NCBI GenBank assembly: GCA_049840735.1
Contig: JASGJN010000017.1
Span: 544,001 to 608,000, forward strand
Origin: Anaeromyxobacter sp.
GTDB lineage: Bacteria; Myxococcota; Myxococcia; Myxococcales; Anaeromyxobacteraceae
DNA: 64,000 nucleotides
Direction: 5' to 3'
Of this stretch, positions 49,985-61,601 are shown one piece after another; the first letter of the stretch is position 1; each line of letters starts with the position of its first letter. The notes under the pieces are model-generated. The model had not been told where the DNA came from. It did not search any database and saw only the letters and a program-made list of their open reading frames with translations. The translations under genes and the position numbers were made by a program.

Positions 49985-50727
49985 TCCAGGGCCGAGAGCG
50001 TCTTGCGGCAGGACTCGCCCTCGGGCGTGGTGGGCCCCAGCTCCACGCAGCGCCGGAACGCCTCCAGCGCGCCGGGTGTGTCGCCCGCCTTCATGCGCGC
50101 CATGCCCAGCGCCCAGTGGGCGTCGGCCCGCTTGTCACAATTGGCCACGTAGGCGTTCAGAGCGTCGAGCGACTCGCGCGTGCGGCCGTCCTGGTTGAGC
50201 AGGCGCGCCAGCTCGCGGTGGCCGTCGCAGTAGCGCGGCGCGATAGCCAGGCACGAGCGCAGCTCGGCGTAGCCTTGCTCCTTGCGCCCCATCCGCCACA
50301 GCGCCTGCCCCTTGTTGCAGCGGGCCACGTACGGCTCCCGGTACATCAGGTCGGCCAGCGCGGCGTCGAAGGCGGCCAGCGCCTCGTCGTAGCGCCCGGC
50401 CTTGGCCAGCAGCTGGCCCAGGTTGTTCTGGGCCTCGGGGTAGTCCGGCTGCAGCGCCAGGGCCTTCCGGTACTCCTGCTCCGCGTCCTCCAGCTTGGCG
50501 AAGCCGAACTCCAGCGCCAGCCCGCGGCCCAGGTGCGCCTGGGCGAACTTCGGGTCGAACTGCAGCGCGGTGTCGAACTCCTTCAGCGCCTCCTGGGCGC
50601 GGCCGTTGCGCAGCGCCTCCACGCCGAGGTCGTGGTGGATCTCGGCCGCCTTGAGATCCTTCGGGGAGGGGCCGTGGGCGCAGGCCAGGAGCGCAGCCAG
50701 GGCGGCGAGGGCGACGGAGCGGGTCAT
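49981..50727 (-). CDS. tgl: Tgl/PilF-like TPR lipoprotein (type IV pilus secretin pilotin)
   Basis: Lipobox LLAC; TPRs (YPEAQNNLG, YREPYVARCNKG); rodZ-like and recO neighbours. Confidence 0.78.
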   Translation of the reverse strand: MTRSVALAALAALLACAHGPSPKDLKAAEIHHDLGVEALRNGRAQEALKEFDTALQFDPKFAQAHLGRGLALEFGFAKLEDAEQEYRKALALQPDYPEAQNNLGQLLAKAGRYDEALAAFDAALADLMYREPYVARCNKGQALWRMGRKEQGYAELRSCLAIAPRYCDGHRELARLLNQDGRTRESLDALNAYVANCDKRADAHWALGMARMKAGDTPGALEAFRRCVELGPTTPEGESCRKTLSALE

Positions 50728-50731
50728 GGGA

Positions 50732-51187
50732 TCAGAACGAGACGAGCAGGCGCCCGATGCGGACCGTGTCCGGCGCGGCCGGCACGGGCGTCGCGGCGGG
50801 GCGCGCCGGCGGGTGGAAGAGCGGGATGCGCTTCATGGTCTGCTCCTGCACCTCCGGCGACAGGTTCCGGAAGTTCAGGTTGTCGAGCATGAAGCCCATG
50901 GACTCGAGGAAGTGCAGCCCCTCGATCTCGACGGGGCGGTAGTCCTCCAGCGAGAGCTGGCGCTGGGGATGGACGTAGACCACGTTCTCGCCGCTGCGCG
51001 GCAGGTGGAGGCCCACGTAGATGCTGAAGGTGGAGTTGCCGTTCCGCACGCCCACCAGGTGCCCGTAGACCGTCTGGATGGGCCGGCCCGGGATGGAGAC
51101 CTGGGGCTGGTTGATGCTCTCGATGACGGCCACCACCTGCTCGCGCAGGGCGGGCACGTGCGTCAGGCTGGGCTCGACCTCGAACAC
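50732..51187 (-). CDS. Conserved hypothetical protein upstream of tgl
   Basis: SINQPQVSIPG..EGLHFLESMGFMLDNLNFR..IGRLLVSF. Confidence 0.7.
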   Translation of the reverse strand: MFEVEPSLTHVPALREQVVAVIESINQPQVSIPGRPIQTVYGHLVGVRNGNSTFSIYVGLHLPRSGENVVYVHPQRQLSLEDYRPVEIEGLHFLESMGFMLDNLNFRNLSPEVQEQTMKRIPLFHPPARPAATPVPAAPDTVRIGRLLVSF

Positions 51188-51284
51188 GGTGTGTGCCTCC
51201 GGAGGACAGCTAAACGCCCGCTTCGAGCCGCAGTCAAGATATCGGGGAGCGCGCCGGAAGGGCTCAGGCCCCGCCACCCGAGGC

Positions 51285-51921
51285 TCAGACCCCCTTCGTC
51301 TCCGGCCCCCAGATCACCTTGTGGATCTGGAGCGAGAGGCGCGAGCGCCCCAGGCCCGCCTCGAGCATCCAGCGCGCCAGGTCCCGGGGATCGACGCTCC
51401 CCCCACGCCGGGGAGAAGAGCACCTCGACGCGCCCCTCCAGCCCGTGGCGGCGGACCACGTCCAGCGACCAGCGGAAGTCGGCCTCGGAGCAGACCACGA
51501 ACTTCACCTCGTCGTGCGGCGCGAGGCGGTCCAGGTAGCCGAAGTCGGTGGTCACCTCGCCGGAGCCGGGCGTCTTCACGTCCACGATCCGGATCACCTC
51601 GCGCGGCAGCCCGTCGAGCGGCCGCTGCCCGTGCGTCTCGATCGTCACCTCGTGGCCTCGCGCCAGCAGCGCCGCGGCCAGCGCCGGCAGCTCGCGCTGC
51701 AGCATGGGCTCGCCGCCGGTCAGGCAGACCAGCCGCGTCGGGTGGCGGGCCACCTCCTCGAGGATGGCCTCCTGGCCCAGCTCGCGGCCGCCGTGGAAGG
51801 CGTAGGCGGTGTCGCAGTAGCCGCAGCGCAGGTCGCAGCCGGTGAAGCGGACGAACACGCAGGGCCGGCCGGCCCGCGAGCCCTCGCCCTGGAGGCTGAA
51901 GAAGATCTCGGTGACGCGCAT
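51285..51921 (-). CDS. queE: 7-carboxy-7-deazaguanine synthase; frameshift near 51395
   Basis: EIFFSLQGEG, GCDLRCGYCDT, LTGGEP, DVKTPGSG; C-terminus LQIHKVIW in another frame. Confidence 0.9.
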
Positions 51922-51971
51922 GGTGGATGAGCCCGGAGCAGCCCGGGCCCGCCGCCCGAATCTAACCCGGC

Positions 51972-52661
51972 TCAGTTGCCCGCGGCCACCGTCCGCACCG
52001 CCGCCAGGGCGGGCGCGGCCAGCTCCGGGCGGACCAGCGTCCGCTGCATGCGGCGCCGGGCCGCGGCCACGCTGGTCGGGTAGACCGTGAACTGGTCGGG
52101 GATTTGCCCCTCCCTGAGGTAGCCCAGGATCCGGTTCGGGCCCGCGTTGTACGCCATCATCGCCACGTCCTCGCGGCCGAAGGCGTCCAGCAGCCGGCGG
52201 TAGTAGCGCACGCCGGCCTGGACGTTGCGCACCGGATCGCGCGGGTCGGCGTCCTGGATGCCGTGGCGCGCCAGCTCGCGGTGGAAGGTGGGCGTCATGA
52301 GCTGCATCAGCCCCACCGCCCCGGCCCCGGACTGCGCCGCGGGGTCGAAGCCGGACTCCACCTCGATGAGCGCCAGGACCGTCTGCGGGTCGATGCGGGC
52401 GCGGGCGGCCTCGTCCACGATGGTGAGCGCGAGCTCCTGCCGCAGATCGCGGTCCAGCGCCGGCATCCGGTACTCGAGGTGGCGCACCACCTTCCCGACC
52501 ACCTCCGCGTTGGCCGGCGGCAGCGCCGGGCCGATGCCGACCTCGGGGCCGGCGTGGAGCGCGGGGTCGCGCGCAAGGGACGTGGGGAATCCGACGACCG
52601 CAGCCCACACGGCCGCGGACAGACCTATCCCCATGCCGGCTCTCGCGCGCGACATCCTCAT
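51972..52661 (-). CDS. Lytic transglycosylase (SLT domain)
   Basis: VESGFDP.A.S..GAVGLMQLM, AYNAG. Confidence 0.9.
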   Translation of the reverse strand: MRMSRARAGMGIGLSAAVWAAVVGFPTSLARDPALHAGPEVGIGPALPPANAEVVGKVVRHLEYRMPALDRDLRQELALTIVDEAARARIDPQTVLALIEVESGFDPAAQSGAGAVGLMQLMTPTFHRELARHGIQDADPRDPVRNVQAGVRYYRRLLDAFGREDVAMMAYNAGPNRILGYLREGQIPDQFTVYPTSVAAARRRMQRTLVRPELAAPALAAVRTVAAGN

Positions 52662-52993
52662 GCCTGGGTGCTCTCCTTCTGCTTGGCCAGCGCGTCCACG
52701 CGCTCGGCCACGGCATCGAGCCGCTTCTGCAGCGTCTCGATGTCCTCCCGGGTCGGAATCCGGAAGCGGTTGGCGGCCTTGCGGACCGCGTCGTCGATGG
52801 CCCGCTCGACCTCGCGGCGCTGGGTGGTCAGCCGGTCCCCGAACTCGCGGGCGTGTCGGCGGACGTCCTCCGGCGAGAAGCCGGCCGCGTCGGCGATGCG
52901 GTTGAGGACCTTCTCGGCCTCGGCCTCCGCCGCGTTCACGCCGGCGAGGGCGTTCGACCAGGCTTCCTTGAACATCGTCTGGATGTCGGTCAT
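52658..52993 (-). CDS. Phasin-family (PHA granule-associated-like) protein
   Basis: IPTREDIETL..RLD.V..RV motif. Confidence 0.7.
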   Translation of the reverse strand: MTDIQTMFKEAWSNALAGVNAAEAEAEKVLNRIADAAGFSPEDVRRHAREFGDRLTTQRREVERAIDDAVRKAANRFRIPTREDIETLQKRLDAVAERVDALAKQKESTQA

Positions 52994-52998
52994 GGCGT

Positions 52999-53475
52999 TC
53001 AGACCTCGGCGGACGGCTTCGAGCCCTTCTTGGCGGACCGGCGAGCCTTCTCGCTCTTCTCGATCCGCTTCGCGAGTCGCTCCAGCTCCTTCGAGAGTTC
53101 CTCCACCTGTTCGCGGCTGGCGACACCCAGGAACGCCACCGCCCTGTTCTGGAGCTCGACCATCTTCTCGAGCGCCTCGGCCCGGATCGTGTCGGCCCGG
53201 TCCTTCAGCTCCGCTGCCCTCTCCGCCCCCTGCTCCCGGAGCTGCTCGATCCGGTGCTTCACGTCGGGGAACGTCCAGTCCTGGCGTGAGAGGCGGTGGA
53301 GGATCTGTTCGATATCCTTCCGACTAGCACGTCCCTTGATCATGAGATCGTGGATGACGCGCTGCGCCTCCTCCTCGAACTGCTCCAGACGGGCCTGCGC
53401 GGCTTCGAGCTGCGCCTTGAGGAAATCCGGAACCTTGATCGCGCCCTTGCCATTCATCTTGTGGACCTCGGCCAT
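52999..53475 (-). CDS. Phasin-like coiled-coil protein
   Basis: LGVASREQVEELSKEL..L..RI motif. Confidence 0.65.
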   Translation of the reverse strand: MAEVHKMNGKGAIKVPDFLKAQLEAAQARLEQFEEEAQRVIHDLMIKGRASRKDIEQILHRLSRQDWTFPDVKHRIEQLREQGAERAAELKDRADTIRAEALEKMVELQNRAVAFLGVASREQVEELSKELERLAKRIEKSEKARRSAKKGSKPSAEV

Positions 53476-53698
53476 CTTGTCCTCCCGCGGTCATGGTACG
53501 GGCGAAGACCACCCGCACCCACCGAAACCGAGGCTAACGCGACGCGTCAACGAGGTCAAACGCCCAACGCGGTGCGTCACCCGGAGGGCCCATGTATGGG
53601 GGCGAAGGCCCGAGCGTGAACCTGCCTGAGCGGGGTGAGGGCCTGAATGGGAGGGGGCCTCAGGCCGCAGGTCCTGAGGCCTGACCGCGCGCGGTGCG

Positions 53699-54770
53699 CT
53701 ACCGGTGGTCCGCGCCGACCGCCTCGGCCAGGGACGAAAAGCCGTCCCGCGCCAGCAGCTTGGCCACGCCAGCGTTCACCTGCTTCACGAAGGTGGGGCC
53801 GCCGAAGATGAAGCCGGTGTAGGCCTGCACCAGCGACGCGCCGGCGCGGATCTTGGCGTACGCGTCCTCGGCGCTCATCACGCCGCCGCAGCCGATGATG
53901 ACCAGCTTGCCGCCGGTCCGGGCGTAGCACCGCCGGACCGCCTCGGTGGAGACCTTCTCCAGCGGCGCGCCGGAGAGCCCGCCGGCCTCCTTGGCCTTGG
54001 GGTTCTGCTCGACGCCGGCGCGCGAGAGCGTGGTGTTGGTGGCGATGATGCCGGCCACGCCGGCGGCCATGGCGGTGTCGATGGCCTCGTCCAGCGCCTC
54101 CGCCGACAGGTCCGGCGCCAGCTTCACCAGGAGCGGCTTTCCGGGCGCCACCTGGGCCAGCCGTGCGGCGCAGGCGCGCAGCAGCCGGTCCAGCGACTCC
54201 TTCTCCTGGAGCTGCCTGAGGCCGGGGGTGTTGGGCGACGAGATGTTCACGACCAGGTAGTCGGCGAAGGGGTGGAGCCGGTCGATGCAGGCCAGGTAGT
54301 CGGCCTCGGCCTGCTCGTTGGGCGTCACCTTGTTCTTGCCGACGTTGATGCCGACGGGGCCCATCCGCGCGCCGGCCGCCAGCGCCGCGAGCCGCTCGGC
54401 GCAGACGTCCATGCCCTCGTTGTTGAACCCCCATCCTGTTGATGATGGCCCGCTGCTCGGGGAGCCGGAACAGGCGCGGGGCCGGGTTGCCCGGCTGCGG
54501 GCGCGGCGTGATGGTGCCGATCTCGACGTGCGAGAACCCCAGCGCGAACAGGCCGGCCACCGCCGCCTGCCCCTTGTCGAACCCGGCGGCCAGCCCGAGC
54601 GGACCGTCGAACTCCAGGCCCAGGCACTTGATGGCCACCTGGGCGGGCGGGCTGGTCCGCTGCAGGTGCGCCATCCCGGGCGTCACCCGCTTCAAGGCGA
54701 AGTGGGCCAGGTGGTGGATGTGCTCCGGGTCGAAGCGGAACAGGACGGAGCGGAGCGCAGGCCAGAGCAT
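53699..54770 (-). CDS. pyrD: Quinone-dependent dihydroorotate dehydrogenase; frameshift near 54430
   Basis: GLAAGFDK, INRMG[FNN], NVGKNK, NISSPNTPGLR, KLAPD, GGLSG. Confidence 0.93.
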
Positions 54771-54837
54771 GGGGCGGCTGTCTATCACAGCCGTCCGGCC
54801 CTGGGACCCGGGCAGGACGCTGCAGCGCCCAGACGCC

Positions 54838-55327
54838 CTACAAATCCAGGATCATCACAATCGCGTCCTCACGCTCCTCGGCGTAGTAGTTGGGACGCAC
54901 ACCTACCTGTCGGTACCCCAGGGACTGGTACAGGGCCAGGGCCGGCAGATTGGAGCGCCGCACCTCCAGCGTGGAGATGGCGGCCGACTTGCGACGGCCG
55001 GCCTCGTGGGCCTCCAGCATCAGCGCCCGCCCGATGCCGCGGCGTCTCGCCTCACGGGCGCTGGCCACGTTGAGGATGTGGACCTCGTCGTGCACCAGCC
55101 AGAAGACGATGAAGCCCAGCACCTGCTCGCCCATCGACGCCGGTCGCGGTGGCCAGCAGCATGGTGGACCAGGCGTGACCCAGCTCCCGCTGGAGCAGGT
55201 CGCGCGACCAGGGGTGGCGGAAGCCGTCCCGCTCGATCTCCACCACGCGGTCAAGGTCCTCGGCCTGGCCGCGCCGGAAGAAGAGCGGTCCGTCGGGGAT
55301 GGGCGGCGGCTCGATCGGTCGGCGCAT
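54838..55327 (-). CDS. rimI: Ribosomal-protein-alanine N-acetyltransferase; frameshift near 55135
   Basis: IE...F..PWS, DEVHILNVA..RRRGIG, LEVRRSN..A..LY, RPNYY..EDAIVM. Confidence 0.88.
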
Positions 55328-56013
55328 CACCCCTCCCCTGCGCCGGGCGCCAGCGCGGGATCGAGGATGCGCACGTCCGCCCGGCCGCGCACCTCCGCCA
55401 CCAGCGCCTGCACCTGGGCGGCCACCCGCTCCTCCAGCAGGCGCGAGCGGACGGCCTCCCGGGCGGCGCGGGTCTGCACCGACAGGCCGTGCGAAGCGGC
55501 GTAGGCGTCCACGTCGGCGTCGGCGACGGCCGGTCCGCGCCCCACGCGGATGGCCAGGTAGCGATCCACGCGCAGCCCCCGCGCCAGCACGCTCGCGACC
55601 TCCTCCTCGGTCAGCTCCGCGCCGGCCAGGAACCGCTCGTAGGCGGTCCGGTCGGCGAAGCGGGCCTCGAAGCGGCGCGTGGCCAGGAGCACCTCCTCAC
55701 GGCTCACCTCGTCCACCCGCAGCCGCGCCGCCTCGTCGGCCAGCAGCAGCTGGTCGATGACCCAGCCCAGCGTGGCCCGGAGCGTCGGGCGGTCAATCGG
55801 CCGAAGGGCGGCCTCCACGGCGCCCTTCGACGCGAGCACGATCCGCGCCTCCTCCTCGAGCCGCGTCAGCGTCAACACGCGCGGGGCCGCGCCGGCCGGG
55901 CTCCGGAGCACGGCCACGGTCTCCTCGACCACCACCGCGCCGGGGTCGCCGAGGGGCGCGGCGGCCTGTGCGGCGCCCGCGGCGAGCAGGAGGGAGAGCA
56001 GCATGAGCCCCAT
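55327..56013 (-). CDS. Exported hypothetical protein (SurA-N-like)
   Basis: Signal peptide; IDQLLL.DEA.RL..; C-terminal RGRADVRIL. Confidence 0.55.
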   Translation of the reverse strand: MGLMLLSLLLAAGAAQAAAPLGDPGAVVVEETVAVLRSPAGAAPRVLTLTRLEEEARIVLASKGAVEAALRPIDRPTLRATLGWVIDQLLLADEAARLRVDEVSREEVLLATRRFEARFADRTAYERFLAGAELTEEEVASVLARGLRVDRYLAIRVGRGPAVADADVDAYAASHGLSVQTRAAREAVRSRLLEERVAAQVQALVAEVRGRADVRILDPALAPGAGEG

Positions 56014-56095
56014 TGTAGTCATGAACCAGGCCGGCTGGGGGGCTGGCGGCGGGTCCGCGATTTGACGCGCGCCCCCGGGCGTTACGTTCCAGCGC

Positions 56096-57067
56096 GTGGC
56101 CGAGCACGATCTCTACGACATCCTGGGCGTCTCCCGAACCGCCACGCCGGACGAGGTGAAGCGCGCCTACCGGAAGCTGGCCCGGAAGTACCACCCGGAC
56201 GTGAACCCCGGGAACAAGGCCGCGGAGGAGAAGTTCAAGGAGGTCACCGCGGCCTTCGAGGTGCTCTCCGACGAGAAGCGCCGCAAGCTCTACGACGAGT
56301 TCGGCCCGGACGCGCTCCGGTCCGGCTTCGACGAGAAGCGCGCCGAGGAGTACCGCCGCTGGAAGCGGCGCCCCGGCGGCGCCGGCGGCGAGGTGCCGTT
56401 CGACCTGGGCGGCTTCTCCACCGTGGACGTGGGCCAGTACGGCAGCTTCGACTTCGGCTCCATCTTCGACAGCCTCTTCGGCGGCGGGGCGGCGCGCGGC
56501 GCCCGCCACGGCCGCGCGCACGGCCCGGCGGCCGCGCAGGGCGCCCACGCCGAGGCGGAGGTCTCCATCGACCTCAAGGACGCGGTGCTGGGCGCCGAGC
56601 GCGACCTGCGCTACGACGGCCGTACGCTGCGCGTGAAGATCCCCGCCGGCGTCACCGACGGCGCGCAAATCCGGCTGGCCGGCCAGGGCGCCCCGGGCGG
56701 CCACGGCGGGCGCGCCGGCGACCTCTACCTGACGGTGAAGCTGCGCGAGCACCCCCAGGTCAGGCGCGAGGGCAGGGATCTCTACCTCGACCTGCCGCTG
56801 ACCGTGCCCGAGGCGGTCGCGGGGGCCGAGGTCCAGCTGCCCACGTTCGAAGGCCCGGTGCGGCTGCGCGTGCCGGCGGGTGCGCGCAGCGGCACGCGGC
56901 TGCGACTCCGCGGCAAGGGGATGCCGGACCTCAAGGGTGGGAGCCGCGGCGACCTGTACGCGGTGGTCCAGCTGGTCCTCCCCGAGTCGAGCGACGCGCT
57001 GAAGGATGCGGTGAAAGCGCTGGAGGGGCTGTACAAGGGGGATCCGCGCGCCAGCATCTCGTTGTAG
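56096..57067 (+). CDS. DnaJ-class chaperone without zinc finger (CbpA-like)
   Basis: J domain with HPD, G/F region, C-terminal domain (RLAGQG, GDLY). Confidence 0.92.
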   Translation: MAEHDLYDILGVSRTATPDEVKRAYRKLARKYHPDVNPGNKAAEEKFKEVTAAFEVLSDEKRRKLYDEFGPDALRSGFDEKRAEEYRRWKRRPGGAGGEVPFDLGGFSTVDVGQYGSFDFGSIFDSLFGGGAARGARHGRAHGPAAAQGAHAEAEVSIDLKDAVLGAERDLRYDGRTLRVKIPAGVTDGAQIRLAGQGAPGGHGGRAGDLYLTVKLREHPQVRREGRDLYLDLPLTVPEAVAGAEVQLPTFEGPVRLRVPAGARSGTRLRLRGKGMPDLKGGSRGDLYAVVQLVLPESSDALKDAVKALEGLYKGDPRASISL

Positions 57068-57132
57068 AACGTCGGCCCACGACTCCGCGGCGCTCCGCGG
57101 CCGGTGCGGGGTGAGACCCCGTGGAGAACACA

Positions 57133-57883
57133 ATGGGACTGTTCGAATCTGTTCGGGTCGAAGGAGGAGCGCGAGAAGAGCACGCTCCGCAAGCTCGGCC
57201 GCAAGCTGACCGAGAAGTACGGCCCGCCGGAGAGCCGGCAGAAGGTGATCGACCAGCTCGGCGACATGGGGACGGCCGCCGCCCTCTCCACGCTCTGCCT
57301 GCGCTTCACCGCCAACACCGAGCCCAGCATCACCGACGCCGAGGAGAAGGAGTCGGCGCGCCGCATCCTGGTCGAGGCCGGCCAGGCCGCGATCGGGCCG
57401 CTGGAGGCCTTCGTCCACGCCCAGGAGTCCGGCATCGCCTGGGGCCTGCGGGCGCTGTCCGGCGTGACCACGTCGGCGCGACTGCTGGAGGTGACGCTGG
57501 GTGAGCTGGCCCACCTCGGCCGCGTCTACTCCCGCGATCCGGAGAAGAAGCTGGTCCTGCTGACCTGGCTGGCCGAGCACGGGGAGGGCGCGCCGCCGGC
57601 CGAGGTCGAGAAGGCCCTGCTGCCGCTGCTGGAGGACTTCTCCGACGACGTGCGCATCGGCGCGGCCCGCGGGCTGGCCGCGCGGGCGCCGGGCGAGGCC
57701 ACGCGCGAGGGGCTCATCCAGCTGCTGCTCCGGGACCGGGACAACGCCCGCGTGCGCGGCGAGGTCCTCGACGCGCTGGCGCAGCTGGGCGCCGACGTGA
57801 AGGGCTACCGGCCCAGCGTCGAGGCGCTGCTGGTGGAGCCCTTCTTCCTCGACCGCGAAGGCCAGGTGAAGAAGCGCGGCTGA
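57133..57883 (+). CDS. HEAT-repeat-like protein; frameshift near 57146
   Basis: GGAG RBS, ATG GGA CTG TTC GA(A)T CTG gives MGLFDLFGS; PLLEDFSDDVR..AARGL. Confidence 0.7.
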
Positions 57884-57998
57884 GCCCAGCCGCGGCCGCC
57901 GGGGGGGCGGCCGCGAGAATCCCCAGGCTCCGCAGCTTGCTCCGGCCTCGGCTGCGAGCCAGTGTCAGGACACCTCATCCGGGGTACACTCCGCCGCC

Positions 57999-60598
57999 GT
58001 GACCGGCCCCTCCCCCTCCACCACCCCGAACGGCCACGCCGCCTCCGCCGAAGGCGGCGGGGTGCTCGGGCCGTGGTTCGAGCCGGTCAAGGTGCCCCGC
58101 GACGCGGGCCCCACCCTGCACGACCTGGCCTCGCGCGGCAGCCTGGTCTTCGTGATGCGGTCGCCCGGGCTGCTCAACTTCCTCTACCTGCGCTGGGTGC
58201 TGCGGCGCATGGGGCTGCCGCCGCTGCGGGCGGCGCAGGGGTTCCCCGGCTTCTTCGGCTGGCTGGCCCGGGTGCGCCGGAGCCGGCGCGCCTTCGACGA
58301 GGCGGTGCGCTCCGGCGCCTCCAGCCTGGTGTTCCTGGGCCGGCACCGCCCGGCCCGGGATCCCTTCGTGGCCCTGGCCCGGCGGCAGCGCGAGCTGTTC
58401 CAGCCGGTGTTCCTGGTGCCGGTGCTGCTGGTCTGGACGCGCCGGGCGCCCAAGCTGGAGGGGTCGATCTGGGACGTGCTCTACGGCTCGCCGGAGGCCC
58501 CCACCGCCTTCGCCAACGCCGTGGCCTTCCTGCGCAACTTCCGCCGGGCGGTCTTCGACGTGGGCAAGGCGCTGGACCTCAAGGCCCTGCAGGCGGGCCG
58601 GGCCGACCAGGGCGACGCCGAGCTGGGGCTGCGGGTGAGGGGCATCCTGCACCAGCACCTGGCCCGCGCCTTCCGCACCGCGGTGGGCCCGCCGCTCAAG
58701 GCGCCCTCGCGCGTCCGCGAGAAGGTGCTGCGCGACCGCTCGCTGCGGGCCGCGGTGGAGGCCATCGCCCGGGAGACCGGCCGCTCGGTGGAGTCGGTCA
58801 ACGCCGAGGCGGCGCGCGACCTGAAGGAGCTGGCCAGCCGGTACGACCCGATGTTCGTCCGGCTCATGCGCCCGGTGCTGGCCTGGGTCTTCAAGCGGCT
58901 CTACACCAGCGTCGAGGTGGACGAGGAGGGGCTGGAGCGGCTCAAGCGCGCCGCGGCCGAGGCGCCCATCGTCCTCTGCCCCAGCCACAAGAGCCACGTG
59001 GACTACCTGGTCCTCTCCTGGCTGCTCTACGAGAACGGCATGACCGCGCCGCACATCGCGGCCGGCATCAACCTCTCCTTCTGGCCCTTCGGGCCCATCG
59101 CCCGGCGGGGCGGCGCCTTCTTCATCCGGCGCAAGGTGCGCGGCGACAGGATCTACACGGCGGTGCTGCGCGCCTACGTGAAGCACCTGCTGCGCGATCG
59201 CTTCCCGCAGGAGTTCTACGTCGAGGGCGGCCGCAGCCGGACCGGCAAGCTGCTCTTCCCCAAGGTCGGCCTGGTCTCGATGGAGGTGGACGCCTGGCTG
59301 GAGGGCGCCGCCGACGACGTGCTCTTCGGTCCATCGCCATCGACTACGAGAAGGTGATCGAGGCCTCCAGCTACGCCGAGGAGCTGGCCGGCGGCGAGAA
59401 GCGCAAGGAGAGCCTGCGCGGGCTCTTGGGGGCCGCCACGGTCCTCTTCCGCAGCTACGAGCGGCTCTACGTGCAGTTCGAGGAGCCCATCTCCCTGCGC
59501 GCGCTGGCCCTGCGCCGGCTGGGCGAGCGGACGGCCTCGCTCACCATCGACGAGGCCTGGGAGGGCGAGGCGGCGCGCTCCTCCACCACCATCCTGGCCC
59601 CCGGCGCCAGGGACGCGCCCGCCGGCGCCAAGCGCCAGCTGGTGCAGGCGGTGGGCAACTGGATCGCGTACGGCATCAGCCGCGCCGTCACCATCACGCC
59701 GGTGGGGCTGGTCTCGGCGGCGCTGCTCTCGCACGCCCGGCGCGGCATGTCCGCCCGCGAGGTGGAGGAGCGGGTCGAGCTCCTGCGCTACATCGCCGCC
59801 GAGGGCGGCGCCCGCTTCGCGCGCGACCTGGCCGGCGCCCCCTCCGATCCGCGCCAGCCCGGCCCCATCGGCGACGCGGTCCGGCGCCTCTCGCTGCAGG
59901 GGCTGGTCCGCGTCGAGCTGGCCGCCGGCGACACCATCTACCAGGTGGTGGACGACAAGCGGATGCTGCTCGACTACCACCGCAACGCGGTCATCCACCG
60001 CTACGTGGCCCCTGCGCTGGTGGCGCTGGCGGCCTGCTCCGCCCGGGCCGACGAGCCGCTCGAGGCCACCCGGGCGCGGGCGCTGGGCGTGTCGCGCCTC
60101 TTCAAGCTGGAGTTCATGTACCGGGTGGGCGCCACCTTCGACCTGATCTTCGACCAGAACGTGGCCTTCCTGGAGCGGGTGGGGGCGCTGGCCCGCACGC
60201 CCGAGGGTGGCCTGCGCGCCGGCCCCCAGGCCGAGCGGCTCACCTTCCTGGCCGAGTTCATGCGCCCGTACCTGGAGGCCTACCGCCTCACGCTCGGAAC
60301 CGCGCTGGCGGCCTGCGACGCCCACACCGCCGTGGACCGCAAGGCGCTGGTGCGCGAGGCGCAGGAGCGCGGCCGCGCCGCCTTCCTCTCCGGCCAGATC
60401 GCGGCGCGGGAGGCGCTCAACAAGGCCACCATCGGCAACGCCGTCGAGTGGCTGCTCGATCAGCAGCTGCTGGTCGAGGCCGACGACGACGGCAAGGTCC
60501 GCCTCGGCCGCGGCGGCCCGGACGCCCTGCGCCAGGTGCTCGGGGGTCAAGCCCTTCTAGATTACCCTTTCGTCCCGGGCGGGCCGCCGGGCGGGTAG
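57999..60598 (+). CDS. plsB: Glycerol-3-phosphate acyltransferase (PlsB-like); frameshift near 59330
   Basis: PSHKSHVDY (HxxxxD), GAFFIRR, EGGRSRTGK, IDYEKVIE..Y..EL.G.EK.KESL. Confidence 0.82.
60542..60570 (+). repeat. Left arm of a bipartite inverted repeat
   Basis: GGGGGTCAA-GCCCTTCTAG-ATTACCCTTT. Confidence 0.75.
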
Positions 60599-60617
60599 AC
60601 TGGACGCCTGCGCGCGC

Positions 60618-61535
60618 TCACCGCTGCTCGAGCTCGGCCAGCCAGTCGTGCAGCGGCGGTCCGGGGTGGTGGCGCAAGGCCCACAGCACCTTCGCCACCT
60701 GGCCGGTGCTCATGCCCAGGACCCGCGCGATCTCGTCGTGCGGGTAGGCCTGCGCGCGGCTGAGCGCGTAGACCGCCAGCCTCCGCCCCGGGTTGGCGCC
60801 GCGTCCCATGGCCGGGCGCTTGAGCTCGGCCATGCTGCAGCCGGCGATGCGCGCCACCTCACGCAGCACCTGATCGACGCTGGCGGGGCGAACCTGCTCC
60901 GCCCGGCGGGGCCGGCGCAAGGGACGCTCCTCCGGCTCGTCCCCGCGGCGGAACCAGCCGGTCTCGAGGTCGAGCAGCGGCGGGAAGAGCTCGACCTGCT
61001 TGCGCCGCGCCCGGACGAACGCCTCCACCTTGGCTGGACCGCCCAGCCGCTCGCGGAAGACGTCCAGGGTGAGCCAGCGCGCCGGGTGGCGCTCCCGGCC
61101 CAGGTACGCGCGCAGGCTCGACCAGCAGTCGTCGTCGAGCCGGGTGGCCAGCCCCGCCTTGAAGGGGTTCAGGTGGATGTAGGCGAAGAGCGCGTCGAGG
61201 TGGGCCTCGTCCTCCACCGGCTGGCTGCGGAAGCGGCCGCGGAAGACCGGCCCGTCCCAGCCATGGAGGCGGTTGAGCCGCTGCGTGTAGGTGCCGTTGA
61301 GGTGGCGCATGGCGCGCGAGAGGTTGCCCAGCGGGGAGCGCGCCAGCAGGTGGTAGTGGTTGGGCATGAGGGCGTAGACGTGCACCTCCAGCCCGTGGTG
61401 CAGCGCCGCCTCGTCCAGGCACTCGAGGAACAGCTCGCAGTGGGCGTTGCGACGGAAGATGGGCTCGCGCCGCGCCCCGCGGTGCATCACGTGGTGCCAT
61501 GCGCCGGGGTGGTCGGTCCGGAGGAGTCGCGCCAT
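60618..61535 (-). CDS. Y1 HUH transposase (RAYT/IS200-like) with C-terminal HTH (DnaA-C-like)
   Basis: HHVMHRG..IF, YALMPNHYHLL, GPVFRGRF, YIHLNP..AGL, WSS..AY; C-terminal EIARVLGMSTGQV. Confidence 0.9.
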   Translation of the reverse strand: MARLLRTDHPGAWHHVMHRGARREPIFRRNAHCELFLECLDEAALHHGLEVHVYALMPNHYHLLARSPLGNLSRAMRHLNGTYTQRLNRLHGWDGPVFRGRFRSQPVEDEAHLDALFAYIHLNPFKAGLATRLDDDCWSSLRAYLGRERHPARWLTLDVFRERLGGPAKVEAFVRARRKQVELFPPLLDLETGWFRRGDEPEERPLRRPRRAEQVRPASVDQVLREVARIAGCSMAELKRPAMGRGANPGRRLAVYALSRAQAYPHDEIARVLGMSTGQVAKVLWALRHHPGPPLHDWLAELEQR

Positions 61536-61601
61536 GGGCCCACGCTAGCGCACCGGGGCGGGCAAGTGGAAGGAACCGGCCCCCCGCCCCGCGCGGGCCG
61601 C

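Noticed and set aside
53620..53690. Short (G)CCTGA repeats downstream of pyrD
   Set aside because: Short and irregular; probably a terminator-like hairpin or low-complexity intergenic sequence
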